DNA from: Escherichia phage vB_EcoS_fTaEco03
Sequence record: MT711528.1
Length of the DNA stretch: 41,972 nucleotides
Reading direction: 5' to 3' (one strand)
Position 1 is the first letter of the stretch. Every line of letters starts with the position of its first letter. Positions 9,054-17,648 of the stretch are shown piece after piece. A program made the position numbers and the translations under genes. The notes beneath the pieces were generated by a model, which was not told the DNA's origin, searched no databases, and saw only the letters and a program-made list of their open reading frames with translations.

Positions 9054-9466
9054 TGGGCTACTTTGAGGACTTAACAAAAGCGTTCGATGTTCCGCTGGTA
9101 GCCTTCGGAACCGCCAACGGCATCAAGGTCGCGCTTGAAAACATCGACGCGCCGACGTCAACCGATACGCCATATCTGGCAAGTTACATGTTACTGGCGG
9201 ATACCGAGCAAGCAGATTTGTTCTTCACGGAACAACGCGCGGGTGTTTATCAGGTCGACATTAACTACGCATCGGTGAAAGGTAGCGCGCCAATCAATAA
9301 AATGGCAGACTTACTTAACACGGCATTCAAAGCAGGTAAGTCATTTTCTCGTAACGACATCTGCGCCGAGGTTCAATCGGTTAGCCTGGGGCCGCTGATT
9401 GTAGAAAACGGAAGGGCCAAACGACCATTGTCAATTAACTTTATTGCATTCACCAAGAGGCTGTGA
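9050..9466 (+). CDS. Tail completion protein, hypothetical
   Basis: 138 aa ORF, overlapping stop/start with neighbours. Confidence 0.4.
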   Translation: MMGYFEDLTKAFDVPLVAFGTANGIKVALENIDAPTSTDTPYLASYMLLADTEQADLFFTEQRAGVYQVDINYASVKGSAPINKMADLLNTAFKAGKSFSRNDICAEVQSVSLGPLIVENGRAKRPLSINFIAFTKRL

Positions 9467-10635
9467 ATATGGCTACAACTCCTTTTAAGGGCGCGAATAC
9501 TGCGCAATTCTATGTGGCAGAAACTACCCCTGGCGTAACACCGACTAACCCGGTCTGGTCGCCATTGCGCAACACAGGTGGCGTTCCTGCCATTACCCGC
9601 GACACGCTGACCTCCAACGAACTGGACGGCAGCCGTGAAACTACGTCAATCCGCACCGGTAACAAACAGGTTAGCGGAGAATACGCTATTGAGCTTAGCT
9701 CGAAAAGCCAGGATGACTGGCTGGCGGGAGCTTTAGGCTCTACATGGCAATCCGGTAGTTCTCTGACCGGGCTATCAATTACCGTCGCGCCTGCAGACAA
9801 GACCTTTACCCGTGCCGAAGGTAGCTTTATTTCTGACGGCGTTGAAGTGGGCGACCTGATTGCGTTTACCGACTTAACCGGTGACAACGCAAAACCGTTT
9901 ATCGTAACTGCAGTAGAGGCGCTGGTAGTGACCGGGGCGGGTATCCAGCATACCCTGACCACAGAGACAGTAACTACCGCCGCTAAGACAGGGGATAAAC
10001 TGGAAACGGGAAGCCAGTGCAAGACGTTCTCTATTCTCACCTGGTACAAAGGCCAGTGCGGCGGGACTGACGCGTACACACTAACCAAAGGCGTGGAAGT
10101 TTCTGGTTTTACCATCGAACAGGCTGTTAACGCTATGGTAACTGGCAGCTTCCCGTTCATCGGTCGCAGTCAGGAGATTCTCACCACGCAGCCGTCTGGT
10201 TCTGATTTCTCCTCTGTTACGTTTGGTGACGAGCCATTCTCCTCGGTCGATGTTTCTGTGTTCGACGGTTCTACGCCGTTGCGTTGCGACAGCCTGACCA
10301 TCACCAACGACAACAGCGCGTCCGCACAGTTCGAACTCGGCAACACTAACGTAGCGTTTGTGGAGCGTAGCCGAGCAGCTAACACCTTCTCCATCTCCGG
10401 TAAGCTGTACGACATGGCGATGATTCAGAAGTTTATCAACGAGCAGCAGGTGGAGATTAACTCTATTCTGGCTGGGGTAAACGGGGCTATGTCTTTCAGT
10501 TTGAAACGTGCAGAACTTACGGCGGTTACACCTGAGATTGGAGGACCTGAGTCAATCACTCAGTCTATTGAAGGCCAGGCTACTGGCAACCAGTACCAGT
10601 CGTCTATTGTTATTCAGCGTATCACATACGCATAA
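9463..10635 (+). CDS. Major tail protein (putative)
   Basis: 390 aa ORF, last gene before bidirectional terminator; position upstream of chaperone/tape-measure genes. Confidence 0.5.
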   Translation: MNMATTPFKGANTAQFYVAETTPGVTPTNPVWSPLRNTGGVPAITRDTLTSNELDGSRETTSIRTGNKQVSGEYAIELSSKSQDDWLAGALGSTWQSGSSLTGLSITVAPADKTFTRAEGSFISDGVEVGDLIAFTDLTGDNAKPFIVTAVEALVVTGAGIQHTLTTETVTTAAKTGDKLETGSQCKTFSILTWYKGQCGGTDAYTLTKGVEVSGFTIEQAVNAMVTGSFPFIGRSQEILTTQPSGSDFSSVTFGDEPFSSVDVSVFDGSTPLRCDSLTITNDNSASAQFELGNTNVAFVERSRAANTFSISGKLYDMAMIQKFINEQQVEINSILAGVNGAMSFSLKRAELTAVTPEIGGPESITQSIEGQATGNQYQSSIVIQRITYA

Positions 10636-10639
10636 AACT

Positions 10640-10663
10640 AAGGCCCCGTTTGGGGCCTTTTTC
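10640..10663. terminator. Bidirectional terminator between converging genes
   Basis: aggccccGTTTggggcct with T-run on plus and A-run upstream (T-run on minus). Confidence 0.7.
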
Positions 10664-11218
10664 TTACAAGCCTAATCTTAAAGCAATGCCTATAGCGTTC
10701 GATTTAACGTAACCCGGTATGATGTAGGTGTCATAATATTTTACACCATCAATATCGTACAGGTAACCGCGGCTGTCCCCTTCAAACGTATGGCCGTCTC
10801 TGTGCAAGCGGACGATTCTCACATCATGCCCCGCGGCAACGATAGGGGCTACTTCGCTGGCGAACCCGCCATCAGACACCACAAAAACTTCGTCGCCGTC
10901 GGGCAAGTTTCCGGCAAGATACTTACCGAAATAATCATCACCGAATACCGGTTTAATGAATTGCTCGGAAATGGCAATCATGAACTGACGCCGAGACAAC
11001 CCGTTAAGGAAACCCTCTGGCTTTTCTTTCCGCGCCCGGTCGTCGTAGCCGTCGAGAAACTCGCGGTAAGCATCCTGGCCTAACGCAGCCATAGCAATAT
11101 TGAACATCGGATTCTTGAAACTGGCGACACCCTTCGCAAAGCCCATTTCTACCAGCGCCCTAGCAAGTGTGTCTTTCCCGCAGCCTGCAGGGCCATTAAG
11201 AATAATTACCTTAGCCAT
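10664..11218 (-). CDS. P-loop nucleotide/polynucleotide kinase (dNMP-kinase-like)
   Basis: 184 aa; Walker A GPAGCGKDT at N-terminus. Confidence 0.55.
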   Translation of the reverse strand: MAKVIILNGPAGCGKDTLARALVEMGFAKGVASFKNPMFNIAMAALGQDAYREFLDGYDDRARKEKPEGFLNGLSRRQFMIAISEQFIKPVFGDDYFGKYLAGNLPDGDEVFVVSDGGFASEVAPIVAAGHDVRIVRLHRDGHTFEGDSRGYLYDIDGVKYYDTYIIPGYVKSNAIGIALRLGL

Positions 11219-11703
11219 TATTTATCACTCCCATGTGGTTTTAAGTGTGTAGAGTTCCCGTTACAGTCGTATTCAGTAACTGCGTGAGTGGTTATGCCGA
11301 GTTCGCGGAAATGCTTTATTACCGCTGGAGAGTCGTCGAATGCACACAAGATTCTCTCCGGCCCAATAGCACGCAACACCTCTTCTTTAATTACGATGTC
11401 TTTTCTGTTGTCGTGTTTGCTGCGCATGATTAACTGATAAAATTCGACGCGGTGGCGATGCAACCACATTCTGGTTTCTTTTTCCGCGTCATCACTACGG
11501 CCTGTTAAGATAATAACGGCATAGCGACGATTAAGGGCGTTACACAGTTCGATGTTATCTTTAATGGGTGCATCGTCTTTGCACGCCATGTTAAATGGTT
11601 TCCACGCCCAGGTTTCGCCGTAGTTATCTTTCGGCAGCAGGTGTAAACGATGAGTACCATCTGCCAATGTCCCGTCTAAATCGAAAATCACAATATCTTT
11701 CAT
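11218..11703 (-). CDS. HAD-superfamily phosphatase
   Basis: 161 aa; N-terminal HAD motif I FDLDGTLAD; overlapping start/stop with neighbours. Confidence 0.6.
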   Translation of the reverse strand: MKDIVIFDLDGTLADGTHRLHLLPKDNYGETWAWKPFNMACKDDAPIKDNIELCNALNRRYAVIILTGRSDDAEKETRMWLHRHRVEFYQLIMRSKHDNRKDIVIKEEVLRAIGPERILCAFDDSPAVIKHFRELGITTHAVTEYDCNGNSTHLKPHGSDK

Positions 11704-12830
11704 CCAAGCATCTCCGGTGAAATAGTTAAACGTGCGACCTCGCCATATTCGGCGCTATAAGTAATTACGTTTGCACTGCGGCCCGACATCCACCCACCGC
11801 GGGAGGCATATGCATCTTTAGCCGCGAGAGTGCGGTGTTGCTCAACAATCATGTTACGGCTTTCTACAATCTTTTGGTGGTGCAGGTGACCCACGTGGGC
11901 GTAGCTGTAAACACTCTCGCCGAACGCTTTGCGGAACTTGGCAATCATAACCGGTTCGATAGCGTCGAATCGTGCTTTATGCCCATGATGGAAGAACAGC
12001 GTCGTTTTGCCGTGTTGCACCATCTTGTAAACATCCGGCGACGTATCGACGAACACACGCGGTTCATTGTCGTACAGCGTACTAAACATCTCAGCTAACC
12101 AAATCATTCCGCTTTCGTCGTGGTTACCTTGCACGATAAGCAAGCGAACATTTTTATGTTTAACGAGAGCCATATCAATGACACGGCGGACCATACGAAT
12201 CATGTAGCGTACAAGTTTCTGATAGCGGGTGTCAGCGTCAAGAACATGACCACTGGCAGGTGTAACGGCGTCCAGACTATCGAAATGCGCAAGGTCGCCC
12301 AGCAGATTAATAACTCCTGTTCCGGCATCCGGTGCTTTCTGGAACGCTGCGTCGAACCAGCGGGAGAACAGGTCTTCCGCAATCTTCATGTCCCAGTCGT
12401 CGCCGCTCTCGTCAGCCCAGGCCAGCATACCGAGATGGAAATCAGACACAGTGTAAAGGTTGAGTAGCTTGTCGTCTCGTTTGGCGCGAACGGCTTTAAC
12501 AGGTGCAACTGGTGTAATCTCCGACTTCATGCCTTCGATTACGGCTTTCATCAATTCAACCTGACGTTCGGCATCGGTGTCGGTCTTAACCCATTGCAAC
12601 TTGGTGTTGCCAAACTCATCCACCAGTGATGATGTTCCTTTAATCTTGTAGCCGTCCGGTACAAGGTAACTAACGTCACGCCCGTGGCCTACACCTTTCT
12701 TAGCCAGCTTCGCTTTACGTATACGAATAACGCGGTCGGAGATGCCGTATTTACGGGCGATGTCGATATTCTTCATACCGGCGTTCAATTCTTCCTGTAA
12801 CTGTTCGTCGGTTATTTTCTTCCTGGCCAT
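11700..12830 (-). CDS. Calcineurin-like metallophosphoesterase with N-terminal HTH domain
   Basis: 376 aa; phosphoesterase motifs DFHLG, GDLAHFD, GNHDE, GHLHH in order; N-terminal ~45 aa HTH-like segment; GAGGAA RBS. Confidence 0.6.
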   Translation of the reverse strand: MARKKITDEQLQEELNAGMKNIDIARKYGISDRVIRIRKAKLAKKGVGHGRDVSYLVPDGYKIKGTSSLVDEFGNTKLQWVKTDTDAERQVELMKAVIEGMKSEITPVAPVKAVRAKRDDKLLNLYTVSDFHLGMLAWADESGDDWDMKIAEDLFSRWFDAAFQKAPDAGTGVINLLGDLAHFDSLDAVTPASGHVLDADTRYQKLVRYMIRMVRRVIDMALVKHKNVRLLIVQGNHDESGMIWLAEMFSTLYDNEPRVFVDTSPDVYKMVQHGKTTLFFHHGHKARFDAIEPVMIAKFRKAFGESVYSYAHVGHLHHQKIVESRNMIVEQHRTLAAKDAYASRGGWMSGRSANVITYSAEYGEVARLTISPEMLG

Positions 12831-12867
12831 GCTTATTCCTCGTGTTTAGGATTTGTCCTATACTAGC

Positions 12868-13074
12868 TCACTTCTCTTTGACATTCGAGTTGCACGCCCA
12901 GATTAAGATAAATACCCACGGCAGCAGAACCCAACCAAGAAACAGATTAGCCATGAATATCGCTAACTTCGCTTTATGGTTACGGAAGTACGCAACCAGG
13001 AAAGGCGCGAAATAAGCTAGCAGTGCAAACAGAATTAAGGAAACTGGTAAACTTGACATTTTAAACCCCTTCAT
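12868..13074 (-). CDS. Small two-TM membrane protein, superinfection-immunity (Imm)-like
   Basis: 68 aa, two hydrophobic helices flanking FRNHK and GWVLLPW motifs recalled from Imm-type proteins; first gene after minus-strand promoter. Confidence 0.4.
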   Translation of the reverse strand: MKGFKMSSLPVSLILFALLAYFAPFLVAYFRNHKAKLAIFMANLFLGWVLLPWVFILIWACNSNVKEK

Positions 13075-13089
13075 TGTTGGTGTAAGTGA

Positions 13090-13118
13090 ATAGTACCCTA
13101 TTATATTGGGGTGTGCAA
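13090..13118 (-). promoter_or_regulatory. Promoter family member (TTGCAC - 17 - TACTAT) with AATAG-N4-CTATT inverted repeat
   Basis: Minus strand reads CTTGCACACCCCAATATAATAGGGTACTATTCAC, near-identical to 35245-35278 on plus strand. Confidence 0.5.
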
Positions 13119-13226
13119 GTAATGTGATAGAATAAGTTTGCGCCTAGTGTCGCACACGAAAAGCGGGTGGTTCCCGTCTGGCGCATTTATCGTTAACCTG
13201 TAACCTCTTAACCAAAGGATTAAAGA

Positions 13227-13643
13227 ATGAAACTTTCTGATTTTTATTTCGAAGAGAAAGCACTGGTAGGCAAGAAGATGCCCATTCTGCTGCCAAACGG
13301 CGAAGACTCCGGTGAATGGCTTAACGTTGTAAGTCCCGATGCGGATGTCGCCGTTAAAGCGGGGCGTGCTTTCATTATTGCGTACCGTCGCGGGTTGGCG
13401 CGTTTCGAAGAACTGGAAAAAGCCGCCAAAGAATCCGGCGACTATACTGAATATAACCTGGCTATTAACGAACTGGCGGAAGACCTCAACCGGCAACTCG
13501 CGGCAGAAGTCGTAAACGGCTGGAGCTTTGATGAGCCTTTCTCTAAAGAAGCATTTAACAAATTGCTGGACCAGTTCAAGGCATTAGGCACACAGGTAGC
13601 AGCGTTCCATAACGCTGAGCGCAAAGCATTACAGGAAAAGTAG
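13227..13643 (+). CDS. Tail assembly chaperone (gpG-like)
   Basis: 138 aa acidic protein directly upstream of tape measure; AAGGA RBS; ends GAA AAG TAG at slippery run. Confidence 0.55.
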   Translation: MKLSDFYFEEKALVGKKMPILLPNGEDSGEWLNVVSPDADVAVKAGRAFIIAYRRGLARFEELEKAAKESGDYTEYNLAINELAEDLNRQLAAEVVNGWSFDEPFSKEAFNKLLDQFKALGTQVAAFHNAERKALQEK

Positions 13644-14008
13644 ACGCGCTGTACAGGTTCGCCACCTATGAGTTTGTGGATAAGCATAAAATCAGAGAGT
13701 TTGATTCTATAGCCGACGGACACGAACAGGCGCTTATCGCGATGGGTGTAATCGATAAGAAAAAACGTGCAGCGCGACGGGGTGGGCCAGAATGCCCGCC
13801 CCTTTTTATATCCACCTTCGAGACGTACTGCGACATTAAGTTTACGCGACACGTGCGCGAGGACGCTGTAGTATTGTTCGCAAGAGAATCCGTTACGTGG
13901 CAAGACCTGAAAGCCTATCTCGATGTTACGCAAAAACAGCTTAGCCTGTTCGAGATAGACATTATCATGGGCTTAGAAGCAATCTTTGAAGGTAGAAATC
14001 ATGGCTGA
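13619..14008 (+). CDS. Tail assembly chaperone frameshift extension (gpGT-like C-terminal part)
   Basis: Open -1 frame overlapping end of 13227-13643 and running to tape measure start; no good independent start. Confidence 0.45.
   Translation, partial: AQSITGKVDALYRFATYEFVDKHKIREFDSIADGHEQALIAMGVIDKKKRAARRGGPECPPLFISTFETYCDIKFTRHVREDAVVLFARESVTWQDLKAYLDVTQKQLSLFEIDIIMGLEAIFEGRNHG
13634..13640 (+). other. Putative -1 programmed ribosomal frameshift site (GGAAAAG)
   Basis: A AAG lysine codon just before TAG; the -1 frame is open from 13619 to 14008. Confidence 0.45.
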
Positions 14009-16274
14009 TACCGCTAGCTTGATCGTACGAGTATCATCGACCGGCGTCGATAAAACCACATCACAACTGAACGGGCTTACCAAAGCCGCGGGGGCCGCCG
14101 CCGCTGCCGTTGTCAGTCTGGAAACTGCCAAACAGGTGTTCAGTGCGCTGGTGGACTCCCAGCGCAACTTCGATAAGCTGAACTCCGGCCTCATCACAAT
14201 GACCGGGAGCGCTGAGAACGCGGCTAAGGCTTTCAGCGTCCTGCAACAGTTCGCAAAAGAAACCCCATATGGCCTTAACCAGGCGGTGGAAGGCTTTACT
14301 AAGCTGGTTGCCCTCGGCCTGAACCCAAGCAAAGAGGCGTTAATCTCCTACGGCAACACCGCGGCGGCTATGGGTAAAGACCTTAATCAGATGATTGAGG
14401 CGGTTGCCGACGCCAGTACCTTTGAGTTTGAGCGACTGAAAGAGTTCGGTATCAAGTCTTCCCAACAGGCGGATACCGTTTCGTTCACGTTTCGCGGCGT
14501 AACGACCACGGTTAAAAAGAACTCCGAAGAGATTCAGAAATACCTGCTGAACATAGGCAACACCGATTTCGCCGGAGCGATGGAGACGCGCTCGAAGACC
14601 TTAGACGGTCAGTTATCCAGCCTGGCGGACTCCTTCGACGGCCTTGTTCTTGCGGTAGCGCAATCCGGTTTTGGTGACGCCGTAGGTGAGCAAGCCGCGA
14701 GAGCGGAAGATGCTATCACGGCACTCACCGACGCCATAGCGTCTAATGAGATAGCAGCCACGCTCCAGGATTGGGTGACACTGTTCAATGAATCGTTCAA
14801 GTTTATTTCTGATGCCCTGAATGACCTGGCATACGACACCGAGGACAAATCCGTTGATATGTCAGACTCGCTGGGGGCTATACCTGATGCTATCCGTGAG
14901 TGGTTGCCTGACATTCAGCAGACATTCCACGAGGTTATTGCGTGGTTCCAGCGCATTGACGATTACGCTGTAGCGTTAGGTCAGACCCTTGCTGATGTGT
15001 TTGACCCGAGCAAAACGGCAGCGCTCACATTTAAAAACCTGACCGCAGAGGCTGACGCCGCATACGCCGCCAGCATAAAACGCGCAGCGGCGGAATCCCA
15101 GGCCATTACCGACAGGTCTAAGCAGCGTAAGAAAGAAATTGAGGAACAGCGCAAGCAGTATGACGAGCGCAAGAAGCAAGAAATTGACTTAGCCAGCCTT
15201 GTTAATAAAAAGGGTGGAACTGGCGGCACCGGAAACGCCGACGATAAAGCGGCAAAAGCAGCCGCTAAGAAAGCTGAGCAGTTGCGGAATCAGGCGCAAG
15301 ACTACCTCGACACTTTGGCCCGTCAGAACAACGACGAGTTAAAGGCTATTGACGCGCAGGAACAGCAGAAACTGGCTAAAGCAAAAGAGTTCTACAGCCA
15401 GGGTGCGTTGTCTCTGAAAGAATACGAACAAGCTAAAACAGCTATCGTCCTCGAAGCCGGACAAAAACGACAAGATGAACTGGATAAACGCCAGAAAGAA
15501 GCCCAGGAAAAGCAACAGAAAGGCGACGACTTCATGGCTCAGATTATGGGCCAGAACGCTACTGAGCTTGAGCTTCTCGACATCCAGGAACAGCAGAAAC
15601 TGGCGGTAGCCGATAAGTACCGTGAACAGGGTCTGATTAGCGAGAAGCAGTATCAGGCCGCGCTTAACGCCATCAACGAGCAGTATGCTATGAAGCGCGC
15701 CGACGCAACGGCGACCGCCTTTGGTAATATGGCCTCAAACATTGGGTCTGCGTTGGGCGAGGCTTCAGGTGCGTATAAGGCATTCGCTATCGTACAGGCC
15801 ACTATAGCCACGTACACCGCAGCTATTGAAGCGTATAAGTCAACGGCTGCTATCCCTGTAGTCGGCCCGTTCCTGGCTCCTGTAGCTGCCGCCGCTGCCG
15901 TTGGGGCAGGTATGGCGCAGATTTCCGCTATCAGGTCCGCGCGTGAACAGGGGGGACAGTTATCCGCAGGGCAGGCTTCCACCATCGCAGAACGCGGTAA
16001 ACCAGAAGTCATCATGCCTGCTGGCGCATCTCGTGTTCGCACCGCGCAGCAGATGAAAGAAATTATGGGGCAAAACGGGTCTTCTTCCGGACCGTCTAAT
16101 GTTACCATCGTAAACAACACGAGTTCTCAGATTGGCAACGTATCCACTGAACAAGATGATGAAGGCCGTTTGCGTATCATCATTGAAGAGCAAGTGGCGG
16201 CCTCTTTGCAGAACAGCAACAGTAAGATTAGCAAGGCCCGCAAGGCCACAAGAAACGCGCCGGGGTTCAAATAA
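14001..16274 (+). CDS. Tail tape measure protein
   Basis: ~757 aa, alanine/coiled-coil-rich, after chaperone pair and before distal tail genes; start refined to ATG 14001 (RBS GAAGGTAG). Confidence 0.8.
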   Translation: MADTASLIVRVSSTGVDKTTSQLNGLTKAAGAAAAAVVSLETAKQVFSALVDSQRNFDKLNSGLITMTGSAENAAKAFSVLQQFAKETPYGLNQAVEGFTKLVALGLNPSKEALISYGNTAAAMGKDLNQMIEAVADASTFEFERLKEFGIKSSQQADTVSFTFRGVTTTVKKNSEEIQKYLLNIGNTDFAGAMETRSKTLDGQLSSLADSFDGLVLAVAQSGFGDAVGEQAARAEDAITALTDAIASNEIAATLQDWVTLFNESFKFISDALNDLAYDTEDKSVDMSDSLGAIPDAIREWLPDIQQTFHEVIAWFQRIDDYAVALGQTLADVFDPSKTAALTFKNLTAEADAAYAASIKRAAAESQAITDRSKQRKKEIEEQRKQYDERKKQEIDLASLVNKKGGTGGTGNADDKAAKAAAKKAEQLRNQAQDYLDTLARQNNDELKAIDAQEQQKLAKAKEFYSQGALSLKEYEQAKTAIVLEAGQKRQDELDKRQKEAQEKQQKGDDFMAQIMGQNATELELLDIQEQQKLAVADKYREQGLISEKQYQAALNAINEQYAMKRADATATAFGNMASNIGSALGEASGAYKAFAIVQATIATYTAAIEAYKSTAAIPVVGPFLAPVAAAAAVGAGMAQISAIRSAREQGGQLSAGQASTIAERGKPEVIMPAGASRVRTAQQMKEIMGQNGSSSGPSNVTIVNNTSSQIGNVSTEQDDEGRLRIIIEEQVAASLQNSNSKISKARKATRNAPGFK

Positions 16275-16774
16275 TGAGCGACTTATATTTCCCACGTAGC
16301 CTTAAGCCAATTGTATCGAAAGGCTACTCAATGACCAGACGTAACAACGTCTGGAGTGTAGATTTAGCTGGTGGTGGTGTACGTCAGGGGCGCGACACGT
16401 ATTACGACGTGTTCCCGATAAGCGTAACCCTGCTCACATCGGCGCTGGGGCGGCAAGCGTTTCTGTCGTTCCTTGAGAAAGTAGATGGCGGTGCGTCAAG
16501 TTTCTGGATGGCGCACGACTTCGGCATGGGTATTGAGGATTATCAGGTAACCATTACGTCCACTATCGCCGAGTCCACCGAAGACGGGATTAACTGGACA
16601 ATCACCTTCACGGCAACCGCTGAGAAATCGCCGTTCCAGGACCTTGAGAACCAGTGCCTTGTTAACAATCTGCCGGATTTGTATGGTTGTTACGGGGACT
16701 GTCTGGGTAGTTTCCTTAAAGCCTACGGAACCGCGCAATCAACGTTTCCACGAATTTGGGACCCGATGCAATGA
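16274..16774 (+). CDS. Distal tail / minor tail protein
   Basis: 166 aa; ATGA overlap with tape measure stop. Confidence 0.5.
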   Translation: MSDLYFPRSLKPIVSKGYSMTRRNNVWSVDLAGGGVRQGRDTYYDVFPISVTLLTSALGRQAFLSFLEKVDGGASSFWMAHDFGMGIEDYQVTITSTIAESTEDGINWTITFTATAEKSPFQDLENQCLVNNLPDLYGCYGDCLGSFLKAYGTAQSTFPRIWDPMQ

Positions 16775-17286
16775 GTCAGGAATCAGTAGAAGCTGCCTAT
16801 CGCCGTAAGTTGGCATCAAATCCAGACGGCGAGATGGACTACATCACGTTGCAAATCAGCCACCCGTTGCTGTCGAAGACGTACTATCTTGTGCGCGGGC
16901 TGCAGGAACTTACGGCGACACTGGAAACCGGCGAAACTATCACATTCGAACCCACCCCGATGGAAGCGTCGGGGGCCGCTAACAACAGTGATATGGACCA
17001 GACTACCACGTTTACTCTACCGGATATTATCAATCAACTGGATGATGAGATGGATAAAATCCCGATGAGTAACACCGAGTTGCCGAAATTCGTCTTCCGC
17101 CGTTATGTCAGTACCGACCTGTCTTATCCGGCGGACGGCCCGGTCGTGTACGAGTTACAGGCTATCAACCAGGAGAAAGGCGAGTTCTCCGCAGATGTCG
17201 GTACACCTATGCTGAACCAACGGAGCACTGGTATACTGATGACACCTAAAGAGATACCGTTATTGCGCGGCCTGTTGACCACATGA
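16771..17286 (+). CDS. Minor tail protein
   Basis: Start refined to ATG 16771 overlapping previous TGA. Confidence 0.5.
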   Translation: MSQESVEAAYRRKLASNPDGEMDYITLQISHPLLSKTYYLVRGLQELTATLETGETITFEPTPMEASGAANNSDMDQTTTFTLPDIINQLDDEMDKIPMSNTELPKFVFRRYVSTDLSYPADGPVVYELQAINQEKGEFSADVGTPMLNQRSTGILMTPKEIPLLRGLLTT

Positions 17287-17648
17287 ATATTAACGACTAC
17301 ACGGGAATACCTTACGACTTTCGCAAACGTAATTGCTGGCACCATGTGCGCATTGTCCGCGCGGATGCCGGGTTAGAAACCCCGGCGTTCGACGTTACAA
17401 GCCCAACGGCAATTAACGACGCGTTTGACGAAGGCCACCGCAACACGAAGGGGCTTACGAAAATTGATAAGCCTGAAAACTTCTGTGCGGTGCTTATGGG
17501 GTATCGCCGAGGCGGTCGTATTGTGTGGCACGCGGGAGTTTACTTCGACGGGATGGTTAGCCATTGCGAGCTTGCCTCACGTCAAGTACGGCTTGACAGG
17601 CTGGCGGACCTCAGAGACACGTACACGGAGATTGAATTTTGGCGATAA
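17283..17648 (+). CDS. Tail assembly protein (small, Cys/His-containing)
   Basis: 121 aa; overlapping stop/start with neighbours. Confidence 0.45.
   Translation: MNINDYTGIPYDFRKRNCWHHVRIVRADAGLETPAFDVTSPTAINDAFDEGHRNTKGLTKIDKPENFCAVLMGYRRGGRIVWHAGVYFDGMVSHCELASRQVRLDRLADLRDTYTEIEFWR

Noticed and set aside
13101-13496. 131 aa minus-strand ORF overlapping the tail chaperone gene
   Set aside because: The plus-strand ORF 13227-13643 has a good RBS, a promoter and the frameshift link to the tape measure; the minus ORF has no start context.
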